64,000 bases of DNA. Source: Amphiscolops sp. MND2022. Its lineage: Eukaryota. Shown here piece by piece: positions 25,932-37,631 of this stretch. Every line of letters starts with the position of its first letter. Within the stretch, counting starts at the first letter, position 1. The DNA is taken from positions 79,114,001-79,178,000 of the forward strand of contig OZ076409.1 in assembly GCA_964187785.1 (NCBI GenBank). Reading direction: 5' to 3'. Made by a program: the position numbers and the translations under genes. The notes beneath the pieces are model-generated. The model saw only the letters and a list, made by a program, of their open reading frames with translations, was not told the origin of the DNA and searched no databases.

Positions 25932-28900
25932 CTAGTATCTGTATTCATCAGTAAAGTTGGGGGTGGGGTTAGGACGAAGGTTTTATCTTCCTCCCCTGGG
26001 GCTTTTATTGTCTACAATCACATCATCATTTTCATCATCTGGTACTTCGGGCACGATAGTATCTCTCCCTCCTGATGATTGTTGATCATCAGTCTGGTCA
26101 GTAAGGCGGTCCGGGCACGTTTGTTCGGTCATATCAACGTCGTTATTTTGGTGTGGCCCAGTGGACCCGAGGTCCACGTCAGTGAAAACTTCTCCTGGCG
26201 AGCTGTCAACATCCACGAGGTCATTAGAAGCGTCTGTGGCGTCTAGGTTCGTAGGAAATGTGGCTTTTTCGGCCGAATTGAGAAATTCTCCAAAGGTGGT
26301 TTCCCACGTAATAACGTACAAGTCGTCTTGCGGGATAACAATTTCGTCATCCTGTTGCAAGTTGCCTTCCGGTTAAATATCTTGTAGATCGGTGTTCGGT
26401 TCGTATTTACGCAATCTGATACGGTGTAGGATCTGTGTTTTATTGGAATTAAGTTTCCTGACAATGTAATTCTCATTCGGTAATACCTTTTCTACTATGT
26501 AGGGTCCAGTCCACCGGTATTCGCGAAACGGTATTTTTGATCCTTGGTGGTCAGCAATAGGTTGTAATATAAAACAATAGTCATTTAGTTTCAAAGGTGC
26601 TGCTTTTGCCTTGCGATCATAGTATTCCTTGTATTTCAAATAGGATTGCATGATGTTTTTCTTCGTGGAGTCCATCAGTATTTGTGTTCGTCTTTGAAAT
26701 TCATCTGCAAAATCTGTAGTCGGAAGGACCTTGGGGTTCGGATTAAGTCCCAATTTATGATCAGGAATATTATATGGAATACGTCCATGAAAAATTCTGG
26801 TTGGTTCGCAGCCCAGGGTGGCGTGATACGTCGTATTATAATTTAGGACAGCTAAAGGTAGATATTTATGCCATTGTCGCCTATAGTCCCCTGAGGCCAT
26901 TTTTAACTTTGTTTTGAGGCTGGCGTGTGTTCGCTCAAGTTTGCCAATGGTTTGTGGATGTTTTGTAGTCGCGCATTTCATTTGGATTCCCAAAATTTGA
27001 GCGATCTCAGCCACCAACTTGGACGTGAAGGCCGTACCTTTGTCTGTAATCAAGGTAGTGGGCAAATAGGTGTGCTTGGTCATTATATCAATGATGACTT
27101 TTGCCGTATTTATGGCCGAAGCGTCCGTGACTGGATAGGCAAAAAGATATCTTGAAAACACATCCATTGCAGTGATGATATTTTCGTATCCAGCTTTTGG
27201 TGGTAAGTTTGGTAACAAATCAATTTGCATTGCATCGTCTGGTCCTAGGTCCCATTCAGGCAAATTGAGGAGTTCAGGGGTAACGGATGAATTGGGAATT
27301 CGTTTGTCCTTGATACAAATTTCACATCCCTGAACCCATTTTTTGATAACTTTCGCAATTCCTGGGTAATAATATTTTTGTCGAATTTCGATAAGCATCT
27401 TGGATATGCCTGGGTGTTTAGTTGCTTTCCCATGTAAGGATTCAAGGAGTTCTGCGACTAAATGCTTTGGCAAGAACACCTGATTGTATTTAACTGACCC
27501 TGTTTCATCAAAATACTGCCTGGTGATGATTTCATCTGTAACGGACAGTCGGTCCATTTGGCGACAGTAATGTTGGTATCGATTGTCTTGCATTAGTATG
27601 GACTCTGAGTATTTTTCTTTGAGTATTTTGAGTCGTAGTTGTTGTAAAATAATGTCGTTGTTTTGTTCGACTGCTATGGAGTTTATGCTGGTTAGTTTTT
27701 GGATTGTGGAAAGTTTGTGGTATTGGCTTTTATGTGTTGTGAATTTTTCGAATGAGATATCTGGTAGTTGATGTGCTGTGTGGGCTCTAGCGTCCTTTTT
27801 GCGTTGTAGGATTTGTTCTTCCGTCTCGTCGTCGTCATCCGTGTAGAAAATTTGTTCTTCCCTCTGACACTCCCGCCGATTGGACATGTAGTTCAATCGG
27901 TGTTGTTGGAATATCTTCTCTTATCCTGAGGATCAATTTTTCTTTTGGAGAGATTTCGAGTCGGGACAAATAGTCTGCGGCAGTGTTGTTTTTGCCTGGT
28001 ATGTGAGCAATGGTGAAGTTGAACTGAATGACGTAGTCACATGCGTTCCATAGAGTTGGAGGGATGATTTTTGTTTGAAAAAATCTTGTGACTGATTTGT
28101 TGTCTGTAAGTATAATCACCGGTTTCGGGGTTCCCCAAAATATGTGTCCGAATTCCTTGAAGGCAAAGAAAATTGTCAGGAATTCCTTTGCGTAGATGGA
28201 CATTTTCAATTGGGTAGGACTAAAGGTCTTGGATCCGTAAGCTACTGGTGCGAAAGCTTTCCTCGTAGAGGTATATTTCTTGAGGGGATCATCTTCGATG
28301 AGAACCGCGTACCCTGCAGCCGAAAAACTAGCGTCGGTCATAAGGGCTATTTGTTTGTTCGGTAAAGGTTGTTTGAGTGCCAGTTCACAACATCGGTCAA
28401 GAGCCTTATTTATCTCGGTGAATTTCTCCAGGAGGTCCGGAGTAACCAGGACTTTTTCATCTTTTGTAAGCAATTTGAAAAACGGTGTTAGTTTTTCTGA
28501 CAGCCTTGGGATGTAGTTCCTGTAATAGTTTAAGAATCCCAAGTAGCGTTGAAGTGCTTTATTGGATTTTGGAAATTTGGTATTTTCCAGGAAATTTTGG
28601 ACCCGTGGTCTCTGCGGCTTCACTCCCGCAGGAGTGATGGTACGTCCCAGAAAATCAATTTCCGTTGCGCCAAAATGGCATTTATGCATCGTGAGCTTGA
28701 GACCGGCCTTTTGTATGCATTGGAATGTGGCCCTCAGGTTGTTGATGAGTTGTTCAGCATCGTTGGCAGCGATGCCAATATCATCGACGTATTGGGCACA
28801 TTGGTCTGCTTTGATGACTTTGTCTAAGTATTCGCGCATAAAGCTAGAGAAGGCCGATAGGGCTCTGCTGAGTCCCTGTGCCAATCTTCTGTACGCAAAG

Positions 28901-30971
28901 GTTCTGCTGGCGAAATTGAAAGCAAGCATTTCAATGGACCGTTGGTCCGCCATTTGTAGGCAATGGTATGCTTGGGAGCAGTCTAGCTTACAAAATAACT
29001 TCTTCCCGGCCATATGTTGGTCTGCATTGGTAAGCGTGCTCACTGGATGGTTGTTGTTGATATAATCATCCGAGATAAGATTGTTAATCTTGCGCAAATC
29101 GACTAGAAGTTGCAATTTACCATTGGGTTTTTTCTGGGCAAATATTGGGCTTGCATATTTGGAAAATGGGAGTGTTGTAATGATCCCATAACGATGTAGT
29201 AGTGCCAATTCTACAAGGATGTCCTCTTTGAGATTGATTGGCGTTGGCAAACTCTGACTATAAGCTGGGGAATCGTCTTTCGGCGTCAGTTTGACCTTGA
29301 AGTCTTCGTTCATGCCTATGTCAAATCGGTGTCTTGCAAATATGTCGTGAAATTCGACAAGTAAATCTTCTATGCGAGCTATTTCAGCTGGTTGTAGCAT
29401 AGAATCTGTCCAATCAAAATTGGACAAAAATTGTTGTCTGGACTCAGGGTCATCCTGAGGATTAAGTTGCTCTAATTCCTGAAGGTTGATGAGTTCTGAT
29501 TAAATCCGTTTCTGGATTGGTGTATGATGCTGAGGGTCCCCAGGGTCCTCTGGTGTTGGAAACCAGTAATTTTCCTTGAAGTCCTCAGGTTTATTAGACT
29601 TGATCAAGCTACTTGCATAGTAAGCAGCAGTTTCAGGATTGTCCTGCAAAAGGTGCCATGTGGTCACTGGGTCAATGGGTTTGACATATTTCATCTGTTC
29701 TGGTGTAAGGACAGTGAAATTAGCAACCTGTGTGCCTCTTTTGAGGGTATACGGACTGTCGGTGAAGTTGTTCAGATGAACCGAAACTTGACCATTGGTC
29801 AATGTGACTAGAGCAGCACAGAAAGCGATATCGCCATCATCTGTAAGCGTGTTGCTCGGTTGAAGGATCCCGGTAACCGTAGTGTCTTCGAACAGTTGTG
29901 ATGCCAGCTGGACCGATTGTCGGTCATTAGGTGGGATGGTTACATCCTCTCTAATGCAAATGAGTTCCATGACGTTAGTGTACTTGTGGTCGGCAGTTTT
30001 GAGCTGCATTGAGAAGAAAGGAAAATTTAGGACGCCTTGTCGCATGTCCAGAATGGTGTTATTCCTTTGAAGGAAGGAAAGACCAATCAATGGGCTAGTG
30101 AGCTTTTCCATGACTATGAATATCTCGTGGAATTCTATGTCGCCAACTTCAAACTTCAGCTCGACTGTGCTCTTCGGAGTCTCCAGCTGCCCATTAGCAA
30201 CCATAATTTGGAAGTTGGGAGCCGGGCCCTCTTTGACAATAGACTGAGGGGCTAGTAGTCGGATTTTACGTAGATCAGCTTCTGGGATTGCGCTAGATAG
30301 AGCTCCCGTGTCTACAAGGCCATCTAATGTTAGTTCGCCAAAATCCATCGGAAAATAGAGCATTCCTCGTTTGTATTTAAGGCCAAGATTGGTTGTCAAC
30401 GGTACATTGTCTGGTTCGCCAGTCCTCGTGATTAGAGTGTTCACGAAGCGCGCGGCAACTGCTGTAGCCAGAGAGACTTGTGGTCCCACACGGTGAAATT
30501 CGTTGTCAGGCCCATTGTGGGTCATTTGACATTTTGGCGGTGTGTCATTTTGCCATGGGTCAACTCGTGCTTGCGCAAGGACCACATTCAAGGCTTTGTC
30601 ATTGTCATAGGAATCTGGTTCTTTGACGTGACTCGGTTTGTTAAAATTACGGTAGAAGTATAGATGATGTTGATTGTAGCAATTAGCGTCCCAATAGGGG
30701 TCAAAACCATAATCAGGATCAGAGTAGTATGGGCTATAGTCATCAATGAGGGGTAAAAGCCGTATAGTAGTAGTATCGTGCTGTAGTCTGTTGGACATAG
30801 GGTCCAAAGTGGTGTGGGAGGTAGGTGGAGTCTTCATCTGCTGCTGCCAGTCAGCTGATGGTGTGTCTTTATGTGAGGTATAATTTTCAGTATAATAGAC
30901 GTTTAAGGGGTCTGATATTATGTATTGTCGAACACGGAGCTTTTCATTAAATTGGAGTCGTGGCGAATCTA
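25932..30971 (-). pseudogene. pol: Element A pol (protease, RT, RNase H, integrase)
   Basis: LVDTGA protease; YVDD RT; TDAS, TDN and ADYLSR RNase H; HHCC zinc finger, D-D-E core and GPY integrase. Stops at 29500, 26373 and 25983, and a frameshift at ~27865. Confidence 0.95.
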
Positions 30972-30978
30972 GTTTTTT
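30972..30978 (-). promoter_or_regulatory. -1 ribosomal frameshift heptamer A AAA AAC at the gag/pol junction (element A)
   Basis: gag ends CCA AAA AAC TAG. The -1 frame reads LDSPRLQFNE... without a stop into the pol ORF at 30837. Confidence 0.8.
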
Positions 30979-32077
30979 GGGTTTTTCAAAATGGAGGTCG
31001 GTTGTGTATTTTTTGCGTCGTCTTTGCTGGTGGACGTATGAGCGGCGGTAGTGTCCTCCAGTTTAAAGTTTTTGGGCTTGAGGTGGGCTCCGGCGCCTTT
31101 CCAACATCGTTCCGCCGGGTGGTTCGTTTTGTCGCAAGTTGGACATTTTGGATACTCTTTCTTGGTAACCTGCCCGTCATTGCGGCGTTGTTCCTCCTTT
31201 CGTTTAAGTTTTAGGCATTCATCCTTGACATGTCCGGGTTTTTTGCAATAGTTGCAGGTAATGTTTGGATCGATGCCAGAGGAAAGAAGGCCAGTTCCCG
31301 GTCGTGTTGCTGTAGGGGCAGTGGACATTGTTGGTACTGGAATGTCATCCCCCTCCTCAAGTCCATTGAGTTCAAGCTCACGTTCTAAATGGGTGACTAT
31401 CTCCTCGTATGTAGCGTTTTCAAGTCTAGCCATATTGACTGAGCGTTTCAGTTTTGGTGGCAATTTGGCATAAAGGAGACTGTCAATCATGGCCTGGGCG
31501 TTCTCGCCAAACGCTTTTTCAGCTCCTTGATTTAATTTCTCAAGGAAGTCTGGCAGTTTTATGGTGTTTGGGTCGAACACCAATCTGTGCCATTTGTGTT
31601 TGGCGGTCGCCTGGGACTCAGGTTTGACGTATTTCCGGCGAAATACTGCCAAAATGTCTTCCAAGGTCTGCCTGTTTGCCGTATTAATGTTGCGGAAGGT
31701 TTGTAACGCATTTTTGCGTAACAAGGAATGAAAATGGTTTATTTTCATTGTTTCAGTCATGTCAGGCTGCATTTTTATCATAGTGTGAAAGAGATCTTCG
31801 AAAAGTTCAAATTTCCCTGATTTGCCGTCAAACGTCAGTGTAGTCCTGCTGACTGGGCGTACCATCAGTGTTTGTGCTGATGGACGGTTATTCATGCCGA
31901 CCAATACTTCTGCTAGACGGTTGATGGGTCAGTGGAAGTAGTTGTTTTTGTAGTCTCGTGGACCGATGGTTCCGGGTCCTGTGGCTCTTCATTAGTGGAA
32001 TTTTGATGTTGCAGGGGTTCACGGGGATGCATGGGCCGTCCAGTGAGGAACTCAGGAACCATACGGGGGTTAGAGTT

Positions 32078-32091
32078 GGCTCCTGTCACCA
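32078..32091 (-). other. Primer-binding site of element A
   Basis: TGGTGACAGGAGCC directly after the 5' LTR end CGACA. The first 12 nt are identical in element B. Confidence 0.8.
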
Positions 32092-33802
32092 TGTCGTGAT
32101 TTTGTTCGTGTGCAAAAGATGCTACCGAACTTTCTCTAGACCTTAGTCTATTGCTTTCATGTGTATAACACATTTTGGGGCGATTTTTCCATGTTTTTAG
32201 CGGATTTTCTGCTCCTGAGTTCCATTGTAGCCCATTGGACCTTCGGTCCTCTTTGGTGAAATCTCCTTCCTTCGGGCTGGGATGTAGCCCGTTGGACCCC
32301 CGGTCCATTGTAGTAAAATTCGTTTTCCCCTGCGATTCCAGCATATATTGAATGGAAGGGAGTACAGTATCAGCTATTGCAGCTGATATTGCGTTTTGTA
32401 TTTGTGAATTTAAACTAGACTTAATTTCATTCAACCTCCTTGACATTTGGTTGGAAATTTCTTAATTGATCAATCTAGTGGTCTCTACAGTAACTTCGCT
32501 ATTCTCTCTACTATTAGTATTGAGTAAAGACCTAAAGTCTTCTCCTACTAGGTTTGGATTTTGGTGTAGTCTATTAGACCCTGAGTCCAAATTAAGTTCA
32601 CTTTCGCTTCGTTCTGCTCTTTCATCATCCCTATCATAACTTCCGAGCATTATATCAACATTCTCTACGTCGGACATGATGTCCAATTGCCTAGAACGCC
32701 TTTCTTTGGCTTTCTGTTTTCTAGTGGAAGGCATGGAGAAATCTGGTATTTTCAAATAGTCAATTGAAAACTATTTCAAACAACAGAACGTAGGCAAAAT
32801 ATTATAACAAATCAGTGATGCGAGTGTATTGCAAGTTGTATCGAGATCTATTGTTGTGTCCTTCGGACTGAAGGTCCCGGGTATATATACTTTGCACTGC
32901 ATGACACCAGTAATTTAGGCCGTCATGTTACTATTAATAGTTGATTCATTCCCGAAATAGACCCACGGGATGACGTCAATACTGCATCATTTTACATTTA
33001 TGGTTAAAAATAGCATCAAAGCCAGGTTGATAGGTTAGGCGGTCTCGCCTCAGGGTCTACTTATGAAGATTTTACAAGAATATGAGTGCATGTTTGAATG
33101 TTATGTAAAATACATGATCGTCTAAATATTACATGACATCCAGTCAAATAGACTGGTAATGTATTGATAAACAACACTAAATTGGATCTAAATTGCGTCT
33201 AAACACTTAATTCTATTTGTAAGTATTAATTTAAATCAAAAGCACTATGGCGGACCACTGGTCCATGCGTCTACAGCACTTAGTACAGCAGTTTAATGGT
33301 AACAGCAAACAATAATAGGACGGACCACCAGTCCGTGCGTCTACACTAAATGTACTTAAATACAGCGCTGTGATTGGTCAATGTATTGGATGACGCCGCG
33401 TACAGCAAGCTACAAGAAACGATCTTTTGAACTCGTTTCCTGTAACCTGCTTACTTGTGCGTTTCAATTCAATTATTAAATTACAGCACTGTTTATATTC
33501 TAACATTACAACAATTTGCCAATCTTTGACAAGTATTTCAACGCAGATAAAACTAATATTAAAACATATTAAAAGTGACTAGTAATCCGTTTAATTAATA
33601 CAAAAGTTTGTTGTAGCCAAATCGACTTAAGGTCGAATATGTGTGAAGTTAATTTACAATGCAACAGTAACATATATTGTTTGTAGGCGTTCGTACCAAT
33701 GGTCCATTGTTGATTAGATTGGTAATACTCCTGGTGGGGGGTTAAGAGCGCTATTTCCTGGTATCTGATAGAATTTTCCATCACAAGCGACAGCTTGCGA
33801 CA
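32092..33802 (-). repeat. 5' LTR of element A (1711 bp)
   Basis: Direct repeat of 17897-19606, followed by the PBS on the minus strand. Confidence 0.95.
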
Positions 33803-35749
33803 GTCCCCCTTTTACATTTTTCGGCACTGTGACACTGTTCAAAAATCTCATTAAAAATTTTTTTGGGAAATTTTTTTCATGTCTCCAAAGGGTCCCCCCT
33901 TTGATTTTTTAAAAATTTTTTGCAACCAGCTGGAGTTTCACAAAGCCCGAAGGGTCCCCCTTTTAAATTTTGAGCCCTAGATATGGCGCCGACTTTGGCC
34001 GTTCTCGGCTTGTTATTTCGCTGTTTAGGACTTTTATCAAGCTGCTTGAAAAAGCTTTGGCGGCAATTTTATGCATACAAAAATTTAAAGCATTATGCAT
34101 GCAAAAATTTAAAGCAATTTCAACAACAATGACAACTTACCTGCAAATATGGTACAAATCTTGTTATGTGGAGATAATGTTCCAAAGGGCGCCCACTTAA
34201 AAAAGCAGACATCCCTAGCGGATTTGTGAATAAACTCTTTCTTTCTTTTTTCTTGTTCATTTATCGCTGTATTGACTCGCACATTCTGGGTTTTTAATTT
34301 TTACACATTGTGTCTCAAAGTTCCTATTTATGATCTACAATCGGTGTCGCAGGTTGCCAAAGCTTCTAGACTTATACGATTTAGTGACTCTTCAATTTTT
34401 GTGTGATTTTTTGAAATGGTATATCATTGGGTGTATTCGGTATTCACTTTTTCCAGCGAAGAAAACATGCATTCATTTTCTTTCAACGACAGAATTGTCG
34501 TTAGATAACTCAAAAAGCAGATACCTAAATTTCAACGTTAAAATAACTTTGACTTTTAAAATTCTAACGTTGAAACTGCTAACGTTAAAACTTTTTTTTT
34601 GCTTAAAGTGTGAAATTTCATCGAGCTGTTTCTGAATTTCCAGCGATCTCGCTCAGCTAACGAAAACTAAAACAAATGAAAAATTACGCAACTTTTTTTT
34701 AATAGCGATTGCAGTTAATTTTCTGTCTCGAATTTCTAGAGATAGCGAATACGTAATTGCATTACATAATATCATTATATCCAATGTTTCTTCTTCCTAG
34801 ACTTTTCATTAATTAATTGCTCGTGTGTTTAATAAAGAAGGAGGGATAAGGAAATATCAAGTCTGAAACTATTCCAATTCTTTCTGTCTAGACAGTGATG
34901 ACTGAGGATAACTTAATGCAATTCTGTTGTGTCAACTACTTGTAATCATAATTGACAAGATTCAACGCTGCATATTAATAGTTCATCGGCAGGTTCATTG
35001 ATGTTCCCTTCAGTTGATGGTCTTTTGAACCAAATTGAACTGAAAATTCAAATTAAATTCTGTATATTTATTCCTCAGCTGTGTGAGCAGGTATATCAGG
35101 AACTGAGGAAAAGGAATTGTGAGGTGTAACCTGTTTGCTTTCAACTAGGATCATTGAAATGTGTTTTTGGGCTAAAATATTTTCGCAATAGAAGCACAAT
35201 CATTTTTCTAACTCCGTTGTCAGAAAAACTAAATTTGAAAATCTACCCGACTAGAAGTTACACGCAGTCAAACAAGGTATTCACTCTTCGCTCTTTGAGA
35301 TGTCTGGAAAATGTAAAGAAAAGAACAGACTTAATTTCACAATTCATGTTTACCAGTTTTTTAATCTTTTAATCATCCACAGCTCATGTGTTCACCATCC
35401 CGAAAATCATTCCATGTAGAAAACTTTGAATGTCTCAAATTGGACTCTTTTGAAAGTCGGGGAAACTTTAAATCCACGTATAACAAAAATAGCACTCCAA
35501 GGTTCAACATCTCGATAACTCACAGACAACAATTCATTTAGTCGACCACGTGTGTGAGATTTTGAGCAGGAACAAAATCAGCGAGAAATCGACGGGAACC
35601 AGATCTGAATATTGCCAATTTTGATCAAAATTGCGAGGAATAAAGAGCACACTTTTCTTGTACACAAAAGTGTCTGGGAGCTTCTTAAGAAGACCTATAG
35701 GCCAAAAAACGTGACTCTTTGGTCATTTTCTGCACCAAACAGGATGATA

Positions 35750-36205
35750 AAAAAGCCCGAAGGGTCCGCTCTTTTGCGTTTTTAAGCACTAGGAGACTCT
35801 TTCAAAATTCTCATTTTTCCTCTGAAATTAGATTTTCTCAATATATATCCACTTATATACTATTTTCTAAATACTATCCGAATTGTTGACGTTATACCCG
35901 TAGTAAATTGCGTTTTATTAAAAGGAAGCTGAGGTTCCAAAAAAGTGCGTTGAATCCGAACTATGGCGTTATATCCAAAGTAAATTGCGTTTCACTAAGG
36001 AAGAGGCCGATGTTCGATAAAAGCGGTCCTATGTAGCCCAACACTTTATATCCGAACTTCTGAGCGTTTTCCGAACACGAAAGGCACCCTTTGGGTATTT
36101 CGATGCATTTTTGTGAGCTTTTCATAGAAAAAACGTCCTGAGCATAGTTTAAAAACTTTGAGCCATAGGTATACCGTCGCGACTAGAGACGTTCCCGTCT
36201 TGTTT
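35750..36205 (-). mobile_element. Diverged HINE-like repeat copy
   Basis: Ends GACGTTCCCGTCTTGTT (~36188-36204), the reverse complement of the copy-1 start. Contains AAGCCCGAAGGGTCC. Left boundary uncertain. Confidence 0.45.
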
Positions 36206-37631
36206 TGTCTATTCCATCAATCGCCTCCATTTCCATCTCCCATATAATTGTTTGGTGCTCAGAATTACTCGACTGATCTACAATAATGAAGCAATCCAAT
36301 TTGATTGGTTGGTAAAACGATCTCAGTTAAGCGGTCAACCAAATTTCAGCTCGAAATAATATTTCATTGATAATCCAGTTGTACAAAATAAGAAGGTTAA
36401 ACTTGAAGCGCCTACTGTGTGGTGACAAATCATTGCGCCGAAAAATGAAGTCAATCCATCGCGCCAAATTTAGATTTAAATCTTATGCGACATAAACTTG
36501 TGAAATTTCTTATCAGTGTAAAGTCCAGCAATCGGCGAACGAAAATTACAAACATTCGATGAAAAATTCGAAATATGCGATTCAAAACGGCCGATCTCGC
36601 AGATACCGAAAATCGTAAAAGAAGCAGAAAAACGCACAAAAACCACCCCCACCCAGCCCGAGAGAGAACACCCCGCCACAGAAGAATCCCCGAAATCGGT
36701 GCCATCGCCCTCGGAAGACGTCCCAGCTACCGGCGGAACCCGAAGAATGGCCCAAGGGATGAAGAAACTCAGAAGTTTGCATATTTTACATGTGCCACCT
36801 AGCAGGTCAAAGACTAGCTGACACTGACGCCTGATGTTTCCTCAGTCTGTTGTACCGTATTTGCGATTTTTGCAGATATTTGGTGATGTTTGACCCCTAT
36901 TTTTGTTATTTTAGACGTTATTCAACTAATTAAAATGTACTTTAGCTAAACCCCTGTGTTCGGACCTCGGACGTATGTAGAGTCGCAAGAACGTTAGGAA
37001 CCTTAGGATACGTTTTTACAGGCATGTGTGACGTGTCCGGACTTTGAGTGCACCGGCACGTCGCCACGGAGCTCTAACTGAGGATCCTCTTTTGACGTTT
37101 GAAAAAGTCCCTTTTAGGAGACCATTTCTGGATTAAGAATTAATGTCTAGGGCTGTAGTAAGACAACGATCGCCTGTTTAAGCACCCTAGACATTATCCC
37201 ACTTCTATGATGTACTCTGCTAGGTGGACGTTACACAGAGTTTAGTTTTATCTTGGTTGAATGTCTCCGCAGTCCTCCTTCCGGGCCTCTTCGCGCCTTT
37301 CCAGATTGGCCTTCGTCAAAACAAGTAGCTGGTCAACTAATGGCACGTCACTCCACTTCGTTTCGCACCTGCATTTAGGGCACTAGGAGTATGTGAACAT
37401 ACCTGATCACATTATGATAATTAGTTCGACCCTATGCAGAATACAAACTCAGTTATCTTAACTTTCTCCTGTTTTATGTTTCGACCATTTAGAAGAAATG
37501 CATAATTGTTTTTTTAGGGCGCGATTAGTAGCCTGCTAATTTCGGGCGCAAAGAAAGTTCGGTACGATGGGACTCCACTACTGAAATTTTCAAGAAACTA
37601 CTGTTGATGCGTGTGTGTGTGTGTGTGGAAT

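Larger units (their letters stand above)
30969..32755 (-). pseudogene. gag: Element A gag (two CCHC knuckles), starting within the 5' LTR
   Basis: MPSTRKQKAK N-terminus; CNYCKKPGHVKDEC and CPTCDKTNHPAERC knuckles. Stop at 32462 (GAA in the other LTR) and frameshift at ~31925. Colinear with element B gag. Confidence 0.9.
17897..33802 (-). mobile_element. Full-length Ty3/Gypsy LTR retrotransposon A (15.9 kb), mildly decayed
   Basis: Near-identical LTRs 17897-19606 and 32092-33802 with TGTCG...CGACA termini. 5-bp TSD GTCCC at 17892-17896 and 33803-33807. PBS, PPT, gag and pol in PR-RT-RH-IN order. Confidence 0.97.

Noticed and set aside
26161..31473. Numerous short plus-strand ORFs over gag/pol (likewise 37996-42221 and 57205-63355)
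   Set aside because: Antisense shadows of long coding frames.
36451..36802. Cluster of short overlapping ORFs in a GC-richer patch
   Set aside because: No motifs, homologues within the window or splice support; nature unresolved.
37342..37406. Segment shared with ~11972-12036 (GGCACGTC...CCTGCATTTAGGGCACTAGG) as an ncRNA
   Set aside because: More simply a fragment of a dispersed repeat; no tRNA or snRNA structure recognised.
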